Below, in pieces: positions 24,501-35,569 of a DNA stretch of 44,829 nucleotides; the first letter of the stretch is position 1, and each line of letters starts with the position of its first letter. A program made the translations under genes and the position numbers. The notes under the pieces were generated by a model. That model worked only from the letters and a program-made list of their open reading frames with translations. It had not been told where the DNA came from and did no database searches. Origin of the DNA: Nemertoderma westbladi (lineage: Eukaryota; Animalia; Xenacoelomorpha); contig JAUCBJ010006871.1 in NCBI GenBank assembly GCA_032718475.1, forward strand, positions 1 through 44,829, written 5' to 3'.

Positions 24501-27500
24501 CTCTCGACGACCCCCGCTCGTCCCTCGGTATACGCGGTGACTGCCCATGTAATGCCCCCTCGCACTGTGTCAGTCCTGCGTGTGTATGCAACACGCCTCC
24601 TCCTACTTTCCCGACTCCCTTATGTTTGCTAATGGGCTTCTCTGCCCCTGGTTTAGTCCTTTCATATCCTCTCCCTTTCCAACACTCTCCGGATCTGTGT
24701 CCTTTTACCACACATCGATGACATAGTCCGTTTGCATCTGTGTAGGCTACACGATCTCGTTTGGGCAACGCTTGCCAGTACTTACAACTCCTGGTCTTAT
24801 GGGTTCCGTCCCGATGTAATTGACATTGGAATCCTGGATTATAGCGTTTCCTGTATAGTCCTTCACGTATCGCGCTTAGGTTTATATGTACCGATTTAAT
24901 GTTTTGGTTGTCTAGACTCGGCCTACTGGGTATATTGGGATTGTGTTTATTTTTGGTGTTATTTTCTTTCTGTCCCTGCCACGGTGTGGCCCTGCTACCA
25001 GCTAACTGTGGACTAGCAGTCCCCTGTACGGCCGCGTGTGGTATTGACTGTCCGCACGACCTGTTCTCGTCCAGGGAGTTCGATGTTCTTGCTCCTATCG
25101 GGGTATATTGTCGATATTGTGATGGGGGAATGTCACCCTGTCCCCCCCCGGCCGGTATGTTTGGTACTGGGGTTGATGTTAATACATTGGGGCCCATACG
25201 TCTATCTCCAATAACTCCCCCCTCCCCTGGATATATGTTATGTCCCTGTGTATTATAGTCATGCTGCTGTACCGATATAGGCCTATCTACTTCTCGCCTA
25301 CCTACCGGTATGTACTCCGCGACTTCCGGGTTTAATCCCGTCGTTCGCGCTACCCTATCGCCTACTATGTCTCTCCCAGCATGGCCTATAATAGTATGTG
25401 CAGTAAGGCCTACAGTATGTCCTGCAGTCTGCATGTGCCCTTCCAAACCGAAGTTTATTCTTCGCGAATCTCTAATCTCCCGGCGACTACCGTACTCTCG
25501 ATCGGCAGCTATATCCCGTCGGGAAGCTTCTCTCCGATCCCCTCTCCTGTTCTCGACTCTGTATTGGTACGTCTTGTACCCCTCTCTTGGCGTGCGGTGC
25601 GTTTCTCCGGGGCGACGGCAATCTCCCGAAGTTCGACCCCACTGGCTCCCTGACTCCATCTCTACTATCGACGGTCCGTTATCCGTCCTCGCACTCCTAT
25701 CGTTCGTGGCGACACCTTTTCTACTATCTCCTCTTCTTCTCTTTCCAGTGCAGTATTCCGGCTCATGAGATCTCTCGTCGACCTCCCGGTTAAACTCTAC
25801 TCTTCTTCTTCCCTCTTCTAATCGGGCTCGACGCTTCGTCTGCCCTTTCGCGACGTCAACCTGCCTCTCTCTACTCGATCGCACGCCGCTGGGGATACTC
25901 GCAATCCCCCTATTACTCTCCGTCGCCGGGTGTTGCGGTTTACCTGATTCGGCCCGCGCATTATCCGCTGACGGCTGTGGGACACTCTCTGCCCCCCCTC
26001 TCTCTCTACTAATCTCTCGCGGTGGGGTGCCCGTAGCCCCCCCCACCCGCCACTTCTAACTCCACTATCTCTTACTATACTTCTGCGTCCCTCTTGTCGG
26101 ACATTCTCTACCCCCCTTCTCTCGCCACTAATCTTTCGTGGTGGGGCTCCTGTAGCCCCCCCCCACCCGCTACTTCTAACTTCACTACCTCCTACTACAC
26201 CTCTACACCCCTCTTGTGGGGCATTCTCTGCCCCCCCTCTCTCGCCACTAATCTTATGTGGTGGGGCGCCCGTAGCCCCCCCCCCACTCGCCACATCTAA
26301 CTTCACTATCTCTTACTTCGTCTCTACACCCCTCTCTAGTCGACGCACTGTCTCTACTACGGCTGGGTCTATTCACCCCCGCCTCTCTCTCTACTACTGC
26401 GTGGCCTATCAGGCCCACTTCGGGTTGGCTCAACCCCGCTACCTCCTGCCTACCAACTACGTGGCCTACCAGGCCGCCGTCGGGTTGGCTCAACCCTGCC
26501 ACTTCCTGCCTACTAACTACATGGCCTACCAGGCCCTCGTCTGCTGAGTTATGTACGTCCGACACGCTCATATTAATAGCACCATTCCCAATATTATTTG
26601 TTAAATCAATTAAATTATTGGAATTTGAAACGGGATTATTATTTAAATTATTTAAATTACTTACATCACTACTATTCTCTAAACTTAAATTATTATTCGA
26701 ATTATTTTGCGGGTTTGAATTGAAATTATTATCTAGAGTATTTGTATTTAAATTTAAATTACTACTACCCGGTAAAATATTATTTCCTGTAATAAAGGGA
26801 TTAGGGTTATCTACTACGGTACTATTAATATTAACTATTTCTAACGTACTACTATTACCCCCCCCCCCCCCCCGCCCGTACGGCTACACCAGTTCTGGTT
26901 CTCTCGCCCGGTGCCTGTAAGTGGGGGCTCACTCTCTGATATCTCCAACCGCGCCAGTTCTAGTCGGCGCCGTTTAAGTTTGGCTTGATATTGCGCAAGC
27001 CCGCCTAGCACGGCATGCAAATCATCCCGCCTGCGCTCACCCTCTATCCCCATCTCTCGCATATTCTGCTCGGCCAACTCTGCCTTTCTCGCAATCATCT
27101 CAAGCCGCCTCGCCGGCTCGCTCTCTACTCCCATCTCTCGCTCTCTACACTCCTTGGCTCTCTCTCTACACTCCTCGGCCCTCTCTCTACACTCCCTCTC
27201 CAACTCTCCTACCTTCTCTGAGAATGCGGTTTCCTCTCTCAATCGTCTCTCTAACTCATTCTGCTCTGTCGCAACCATTTCTAATTTATACGCCATGCGT
27301 TCACTCTCTCGCACCCGTCTTTCTTTTACGGAGGATGTAGCAGACTTATCGGTTGCGACGGACTCCCGCCGCCCCTCCGTCCTACTAACTTTCCCCCACC
27401 TCCCGGAACTTCCTCCGACCGATGAGACCGAATCCTCGGAGTTAACCTCGGATTCGCCCTCCTCAGGTCTCTTCCAACCCACTAATTTTACTCCCCGGGC

Positions 27501-28148
27501 ATCGACTAAGTATGGCCCTACGTACACTACGCTAGGTTCCATACCCCCACATTCCCATAGTTCAATCAGTTCGTTGACAACTCCCCTCGCCCTCTCCTCG
27601 GCTAGTTCTCCCTGCCCAGAACGCACTAGGTAATCAAAGTATCTGTTCGACTCACCTAGTCCCTTTGTCATCTTGACCTCGTCTATCCTCGCCCCCTCCT
27701 TGGCCTCCTTTAGTAGTTCCCGGGTCGCGTTGTAGGCCCGTCGAAGTCAATCGGAAACCCCGACGTCCTCGTCGCCGACCTCTCCTCCATCTCTCCGGGT
27801 CCGACGTCGTACCGACGGCCCCACCGTCGCCGTTCCGGTGGACCGTTCGTCGCCCTCGGCCTGTGGCTGGCCGGCGACATCGGTATGTCGACCCTCGCTC
27901 CGCGTCGACTCGTCTTTCTCTTCTCCTCCCTTCTCGTCTCCTTCCCTCGACTCGCTCTCCGGTTGTAGACGACCCCCCACATCTTGGCTCGCCGGGTTGT
28001 TCGTTGTCGACGTGGCGTCAACCTGCGTCGACGTGGTCGGCGTAGCATCGACCGGCGTCGTGGGTTCGTATTGTCTCGCCGTGGCCTCGCGGATCGTTAG
28101 ATCGTCGTCCGGGGTCCGCGGCGGTGTCGTTCCTCTCTCTCGACTCAT
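24373..28148 (-). pseudogene. Very long Gag-like frame (about 1250 codons) with BEL-type zinc knuckles; one TGA and three homopolymer frameshifts
   Basis: ORFs 27747-28148 and 26841-27671 share a frame across a single TGA. Shifts at poly-C runs (about 26860, 26280, 26040) join the remaining ORFs. C-terminal CQLH..TH...C...R......GLCHRCVVKGHRSGEC. Confidence 0.7.
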
Positions 28149-28278
28149 CGTCGTCTTTGGTGTCTGGCAGCCACAGTCTGTCAGTTGGTTGGATCCAGTT
28201 CTATCACTGTCAGACTGTTAGGGCAGCTGCTAGGATTCTATCTCTGTCAGGGCAGCTGGGCGGATCTGATTCTGTCAC

Positions 28279-28827
28279 TGTGACGGGATCTACGGATCCC
28301 GGTTTATCCGTTGGGTTTTCTATCCACGCGTCCCCGCCGTGTGTGAAAGGTAAAAGAGTTCTGATGTTCGGTAATATGTATAAAGGTATAATAGTCTGAT
28401 ATAGCACAGTATAGTATGACACGGTTACCGGTAGATAAGTATGATGGCGGTAGCGGACGGTGACAGAAGTCCCCGTTCCACCCTACTGATCTGACTGAGT
28501 AAACTAAACTGAATAGGGAAGCACCAACAGGTAATATATGTACTGCACAGTTGGCCATATTACTGTACCTAGTCGATGCTGTCCCCCCATTGGCTAATAT
28601 CCCACTTCTCGCCCTTTCACCTTCCCTGGTGTGTTTCCCGTTGCCCCTGTTGTTCTCTCTCTGTTAGGGGTTTGGCCCCTGACCCCTATTGTGTGTGTCT
28701 CCTTTGGGGCCTATTGTCCCCGTTTACTGGGCTGACACGAGGTTGATTGGTAATCAACCTCGTGCTCCCAATATTGCTTTATGGCTCACTCTATGGGTTT
28801 GTGTTAGCGGAATTGGATAAGCTAACA
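28279..28827 (-). repeat. 5' LTR (549 bp)
   Basis: Direct repeat of 22056-22619. Confidence 0.95.
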
Positions 28828-29105
28828 AGGTGCCAGATTAGGATAAGGTTGATGATGTTGTTACTGTGAATAGGTCAACAATGACAACTTTAACCATATA
28901 TTGGAGGTATTTATAGGATGCCATTACTCTGGCGATTGTTCACTGAAGTATTTATATATCATGATGTAGAAACTGACAAAGGAAAATAATATTTCAATTT
29001 TTGAATAATATAATTTATTTACCATTTCATCCCTCAAGCTTACTTATTGACCTCTCACACTTGTCAACCAGTATTCTATTTACTCTACCATAAATTTGTT
29101 AATTT

Positions 29106-30350
29106 CTATTTGCCTATCTTGATAGGTTTACACCTAAATATATTAGTATTCACAGCTTCACGGAAGCTTACAACTATAGCGTACATAAGATAAAAGTTAA
29201 GAGAATAAACAATAAACACCATGTCTTGAACATAAGATGTTCTGTTCAAGTACCGCTCATACTTTATGAAGTAAGTAATGTCTGCTGTGCTGGACATTGT
29301 TGTTAAATTATTGTGCAAATGGTACAAGTTAAAAGCTTCTATAACAAAAACTATAAAAGAAACTATGTGAATAAGAGATAAAGTACCATTTATCATAAGA
29401 AGTTTTATTGCATTGCACATCTTTAACATTGATGGTGATTGAGGGTTTAACCTAGCCACATTGTAAAACTTTGTTATCATTAGAACATCTATAATAAGTA
29501 CAGCTATAAGTTGGGTGAGTAAAATAAATGGAAATACATAACCATTAATACGATCTGCTGAGTTGATGTGCTCATTATTGGTTCTCCAATAATTATCAAT
29601 TGCCCAATATTCAGTAACACCATCAACCATATGAATTTCACCTTTAAATGCAAACATAAGAGTCCAATAGAGACCAGTGCAGTAAACAACCACAATGATT
29701 AAAACAATATAAACCACTTTGGGATTTTTCGCTTTGGTATTTTTATACCATAATGGAAAATACAAGGCTGCATTCCGTTCTAGACCCATAATTAAAGATA
29801 ACAGTTGTGCAGTAAAGGGAAATGCCCAAGCGAGCATTGGCCAACACAGTTGAAAAATCCAGTATAACAAATTAGAAGATTTGTAAACTAGATAAGATGC
29901 TCCATCGATTATTTCATAATCCGGGGTAGTTTTCACCCACCATGAGAGAGTTTCCCCACGTAGCAGTAACCTCCCAATACAACATAATGACTCCAGAATG
30001 GCATCAAGAATTAACATTTTGTAAAACAATGTGTTAAAAGACTTCTCAAGTAGAACTGTTGCTATGGTAATGGCATGACCGATTACACCAACTGCGACGA
30101 AGGTACAAATATATGGCGTGAGAATTCTTTCAAATACTTCATTAAATTCGTCGAATTGTTCTCCCTCGTTCAAGTATAGGTCATAATTGAAGTCTTTTAG
30201 TATCTTTTTGTAACGATCGTGGTATGCACTACGGGGAATATTGGCGATATTATGAGGTTGAAGACCCATGTTGGTTTTATCAGTCATCTCACCAGCTGAC
30301 GTCAAACATGTAACAAAACCAATGCACACTAGCAGTGATTGCGTTGTCAT
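29106..30350 (-). CDS. Single-exon class A (rhodopsin-like) GPCR, peptide-receptor or chemoreceptor-like, 414 aa
   Basis: Open frame with seven hydrophobic segments, TM1 GVIGH (GxxGN-like), TM3 end GLERNAALYFPL (DRY-like), TM7 SLNFYLMY...FRE. First ATG at 30350 begins a signal-peptide-like stretch. Confidence 0.88.
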   Translation of the reverse strand: MTTQSLLVCIGFVTCLTSAGEMTDKTNMGLQPHNIANIPRSAYHDRYKKILKDFNYDLYLNEGEQFDEFNEVFERILTPYICTFVAVGVIGHAITIATVLLEKSFNTLFYKMLILDAILESLCCIGRLLLRGETLSWWVKTTPDYEIIDGASYLVYKSSNLLYWIFQLCWPMLAWAFPFTAQLLSLIMGLERNAALYFPLWYKNTKAKNPKVVYIVLIIVVVYCTGLYWTLMFAFKGEIHMVDGVTEYWAIDNYWRTNNEHINSADRINGYVFPFILLTQLIAVLIIDVLMITKFYNVARLNPQSPSMLKMCNAIKLLMINGTLSLIHIVSFIVFVIEAFNLYHLHNNLTTMSSTADITYFIKYERYLNRTSYVQDMVFIVYSLNFYLMYAIVVSFREAVNTNIFRCKPIKIGK

Positions 30351-30528
30351 TATGTCCAATTGGAGGTTGAAGAACGTATTATTCAAAGACTAAATGAATT
30401 TATCTCATTATCATTGAATGGAATTCATTATATTGCTGTGCAGAAAGTATAATTTATTAGATTACTACGACTACTAACTGGTTTCTAAGTACTTATGTTT
30501 AGTGCGAGCCTTAAATTAATAGGCACAA

Positions 30529-30723
30529 GGAGTAGTGGTGACATTATGGGGTCCAAACAAGAGGCTCCAGATTCAATCACTGGTCAGGACAGAATTGTTT
30601 GGTCCTAGTGTTGTAAGTGTCTCTGCTCAGGTTTGATTCTTGAGTGGTACAAGACTATTTGGACACATTAATGTAAGAGAAATGACGACGGCTTAGCTCA
30701 ACACAACCATACCTATACCTATA
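30529..30723 (+). mobile_element. Possible decayed tRNA-derived SINE
   Basis: A-box-like tagtgg, B-box-like gattcaatc, and a (cctata)n tail. Confidence 0.35.
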
Positions 30724-31322
30724 ACAATCTCTACTGTAAGCCTCCATGCATGGTTTCTATTAAAGTTTGAATCCAGAATATGAATTTGAATAAAATGATT
30801 ACGTTTTCTAAACATTATATCTACTTTGGTTTAGTGAAAAACTTGTATGGCCTTATAAACATGATCAGGAGGCTTTGCAATATATAATGTGATTTATACC
30901 ATTAATTTACTGCAGCGGGTGATTTCATTGAATGCAGATAAGTAAAAAAATATGTTGAATAATATATTATATGCCTTTTAAGAATCATTAGTGTTCTTAA
31001 TGGACTATAATACATTATACATTACTGAAGCATCGGTTCACGGTTGATGGCCCAGCACCTTTTTGATGGCCTACAGTGGATATAAGCTATATGTAATGCG
31101 TTTAAAGTTAGTGTGCTAGCACTAATGAAATAATTATTCATTGCATAAATAGGAAAGAAAGTCTAATGAATAAAACATATATATAAGAGATGAATAAACA
31201 TTATCCAAACTCAACCCCCCCCCCTCCCCCCCACCCCTTCACATTTAGCTTCCCTTTATGTTATCATCTTCCTGTATATTATTGGGAGATATTATTGGGA
31301 GATGTGTAATCGATATGTTGCT

Positions 31323-31662
31323 GGACCCCCTCACACACAGAAACTTGTTGCTGAAGAAAATAACAATTATTTCCAAATAAATAGCTAACATGTCCAGTCA
31401 TTTGTATATAATATCACATCACTCAAATTATCTAATATTAGCTAGTATCAAAATGGAATGTAATAAAAGTTTTTCAAAAAGTTGCTGGGAATATAACTTC
31501 CAGCAACTTGTTGCTGGACTCTTTCACACACAGAAATAAGTTGCAGAAACAAGTTGCAGAAACTTGTTGCTGGAGTCCTCACACACAGAAACAAGCATCA
31601 CGTTTCAGCAACAAGTTTCAGAAACAAGTTGCAGAAACAAGTTGCTCCTTGTGAGGGGGGCC
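31323..31662. mobile_element. MITE, PIF/Harbinger-like ends
   Basis: ggaccccctcaca ... tgtgaggggggcc|tta, with internal cacacagaaac and cttgttgctg repeats in both orientations. Confidence 0.55.
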
Positions 31663-33683
31663 TTAGGGGTAATCCTATATGTTATGTTGGACAATACCTT
31701 TATACCGGTACATTGTTTGGTGTATTTGTTATGATGCATAATGTATAAATAAATCTATCTATAAACCTACCCTAACTGAAAAACCATAAAAAACCAATTT
31801 TTTTCGCCTTTTTTTAAAAGTTGGTTAAACCAAAAAACCATAAAAAACCAATGGTGAGAAAAACCATTGGTTGCCAACCCTGATTTTTAACAACTGCAGT
31901 ATTACTGTCAACTGTTATTTATTTTAGTGGTTCACCAGTATTGCTGTATTGGTGTACCATACATGCCATAGCATAGCCTATAGGTGTATAAACACAACCT
32001 GACAACAGCTTCCATTAGATGTAGTCACAGACTACAGACTAACAGACTCATGTTGGCTGCAGTACCGGTACTGTAATAACTACTGCGGGCGGGTATTGTT
32101 ACTTTGGCAGTTTGGGGACCGTCCCTTACGTCTGTAACCTGCTCCTTTCCCTCAATTAGTAAAGTGGCTGTTTATTGTTTTGGGGTTTGGTAAAGTTATC
32201 GTGTTTATTGTTTTTACCTTCACCCCGAGATATGTTATTTACCGACCGAGTGCAGCAAGGGAGGTATATAAATCGGATCGAGGTGCGAAAAGAAGTGTTT
32301 TATTTATCGTACAATCTGACAATATGTAATTTTATTGTAAAAATGTGCAGATATTTGCATCCGCTTCAGCCTGAAGGCTAGGCCATTTATTAAATTTAAT
32401 AAATACACACAATATTTTGGAACATATTTATTTATTTTAAGATTATTAATTACTTGATGTCATTTTACTAGTCCTGCTACAGTAGTCTATAAATCATGGA
32501 ATTTTGAATGTTCTGGCACAGGCATAGTGAAACCAACTGTCCGACAGACCAGAAATCAACAAATTTTGAATGTTTTGGCATAGGCATGTTGAAATCAACT
32601 GTCTGACAGTCCAGAAATCAGCAGTCTGACAGTCCAGAAATCAGCAGTCTGACAGTTTAAAGAAATACATACATTTATGTAATACTTACAGTCATTAAAG
32701 GACAACAAAAGTCATTAAAGGGGGACACAAAAGTCATAATGCACAATTCGTAAAAAAGGGAGGACAAAAAAGTCAAATAAAAAGACATAAAAAAGCACTG
32801 CCTATTATTATTAAGAAAGATTTTAGAAACAATGAAACAGTTTTACAGAACCGACCTGGATTCTGCACATTAGTGCCTGGACCACTGTCAGACTGTACTG
32901 CTGTACTGTAGATGTACCTGTAAAGCTGAAGACTTGGCATATCGGTACCAACAGCCTACCGTTTACCGTACCGGTCAAAATCTACTACCGCGGTACCACA
33001 TACAATTTTGTATGAGTTTATATATTATTTAGTAGCTAATGTTTTTTTTATTAGCTAGCATTTTCTTGAAATTATAAAAAAAACTGTGAAAACATTAATC
33101 AGAATTAGACCTAAACTGTTGCAGAATAATTATATTAATAACCAAAAATATTGATGATAAAACAGTTACACTGAACAGAACATGGTGTGGCGGTACAATT
33201 TATTTTATCTAAATTCAGCAAAGTGTCCCTGAATGAGATCCAGTATCTCGGATAATAATTTAGGTTTGTTAACCAACTAATAACACATATAAATACGCAA
33301 TATATATATAAAATCAGGTTTAAAGACTCTAGTCTCTAGTCCCGACCCGTTAACTAGTACCGGCCCGTTGACTATGTAGTTACCGGCCCGTTAACTACAT
33401 TTTATCTATTGACTTTTAAATATGATCAAGTTTTGAGATTTTACTAGCTATTTTTTTTTACCAGATACAATAGTTACTGTTTTTTCCAGGTGGCACCCAT
33501 AATATCTTATGAATGTTCGAACTACTGAAGTCATTTTAAAATTTTTTACAGTAATTGCTAGGTTTCCTAATTCGATTAGCTATCATCATTCATCAACTGT
33601 TATATTTCTAGAGAATTACGCAAACATACAGTACCATTTTAATTATTAAAAAAAATTAAAAAAACATACCGATGCTAAGTATG

Positions 33684-34546
33684 TAAACAGAGTTATGACT
33701 TACACTAAACACAACGGGATGGCTATTGATTTTCGTATAAAGCGCATTCTTTAGGAAATGCTTTGTTATCTATCACATTCATGCACACTACCGCACACTG
33801 CTGCACACTGATCTGCCGACCTTCACTAAATTTGATCATATATAAGGAGAACAGCAACTGACACATGTAGGGTCTATGAAATAGCATTCAATTCACTCCA
33901 AAACCACTATAATGTAAGTCGCAATTGCTATATGTAACCGGTCTCTCTAACCTTCAGTGTATCAAGAAGATTGGGGTTTTATGATTATTTATCGATATTC
34001 TCCAAATATAAAGACATATCCATCAACTTCTAACAATTAATAACCGACAGTAAATAGCAGTAAAATAATGCGGTGAAAGGTACGTATAGTTATGATATGA
34101 GTACCAGTTTGTATGAGATATGACAGGCTGATAACAGTTATACGTTTCTATAATCAAAACCGTTCTAATGTTTGGCTAAAGTCTGAAACACAGAATAATT
34201 CCAAAGCCGATGTTCTGGGCTCAGGAAAAAAGGTAAACAAAGACCATAATGCATTGCGCGATCTTCCGTAGGCTGCTGTACAAGATAAAATGAAAATCGC
34301 TCTGATTGGTCGAGTGAGCCGAACAAAGAAAGCCAAAAAGCTCCACATCGACATATCAGCCTATAGATGTCGTCATCTGACCTACACTGTATTAAGAGTA
34401 TTTTGGCGCATTGCGGCATAAGATGGCTTGTTATGTCCGCTAAAGTACACATACAGAAAAATTGCTTTTTATGTCCACTAAAACACATACACAGTAAGAA
34501 AACGGCTTTTTATGTCCGCTAAAACACCTACAGAGTACTTTGCGGG
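33684..34546 (-). repeat. Interspersed repeat of about 850 bp, inverted copy of 42700-43538
   Basis: Shared blocks such as gcgcattctttaggaaatgctt, tataatgtaagtcgcaattgctatat, aatcgctctgattgg and ttttatgtccgctaaaacacct. Confidence 0.85.
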
Positions 34547-35569
34547 AAATATGACTAGCTAGATCCGCAAAAGCCTTTACACTACGAGTATATCAATTTT
34601 CTATAGAACAAGTCCCATTTAAATGCAGAGACCTGGAAACTCACTAGCTATTCCATAAAGAAAACACTAAATGTGATGCCTAACTCATTGATAAATCATA
34701 GGCCTAACTAATAATCATAACTAATGATCATCAATAGTTATGAATTCCAAACCCAATTCTCCATATCGAAATGGTCACCCAAGAAAAAGTACTGTAGTAC
34801 CCAACTCAAAATTTGGTATATTATAAATATTATTATATATATCGTACGTTGGAACACAGGAACATACTATAATGTACAGTAGAATCCACTCTAATCTACT
34901 TTGCTAAGGTACTTATGCACTTTATCTGTACTATCCCTTACGGTATCGATTTATGAATACGGGTACAATAAAATAAGATGCACAATACAGTAGAAAGGAG
35001 CTAAACTGGAAATAACAAATACAGTTACCGTAGAAACATCACCTAAATGTTATAATCGCTGAAATTTGTAATCTTTAATAATTATGTTAACACTCAAACA
35101 TGTCAGGTTAGGACATAAATATCAGCCCAATTTAGATTCTTTACCTTGTCTAAAGTTACAGAAGGCCACGCTAATAAAATTAACATAATTTAACTAACTT
35201 TGGTGCATATTTTGTAACTAATTATATAATTAAAGGCGTTTGAAATTGCAACACTAAACTTGAATGCCGTCTCCATAGCAACAGGATCTAAAAATCAAAC
35301 AAAAAATACTGTCATTATTTCGTAAATGAACTATATTGACTTTGTAGAAGAGTTCAATCCATTATGACATGCTGTTTGCAGTTGCTATGCTTTAAATGAG
35401 AATTGCATGGTCCTTAGCAACTAGGTCGTTATTTCAAAATGCCCAAAGTCAAAAATGTTATAATCGCCATTTCCTCATTAAGTGGGACCTATAGAACTCA
35501 AAACATCAAAAAATTTAATCCGTCCAAAAATGTTCGGTATACCATTGTGGCTGCCAGACTATGACTTTA

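Larger units (their letters stand above)
22056..28827 (-). mobile_element. Complete non-autonomous LTR retroelement (BEL/Pao-like Gag only, no pol)
   Basis: Two TGT...ACA LTRs, 5-bp TSD AGGTG (22051-22055 and 28828-28832), PPT GGGGGGGAG next to the left LTR on the minus strand, and Gag-like frames on minus. Confidence 0.95.

Noticed and set aside
26030-26875. Programmed ribosomal frameshifting at the poly-G runs
   Set aside because: Long G/C homopolymers occur throughout the window and are error-prone; slippage or assembly error is the simpler explanation.
24899-28399. Plus-strand ORFs within the LTR element
   Set aside because: Antisense shadows of the GC-rich minus-strand Gag-like frame.
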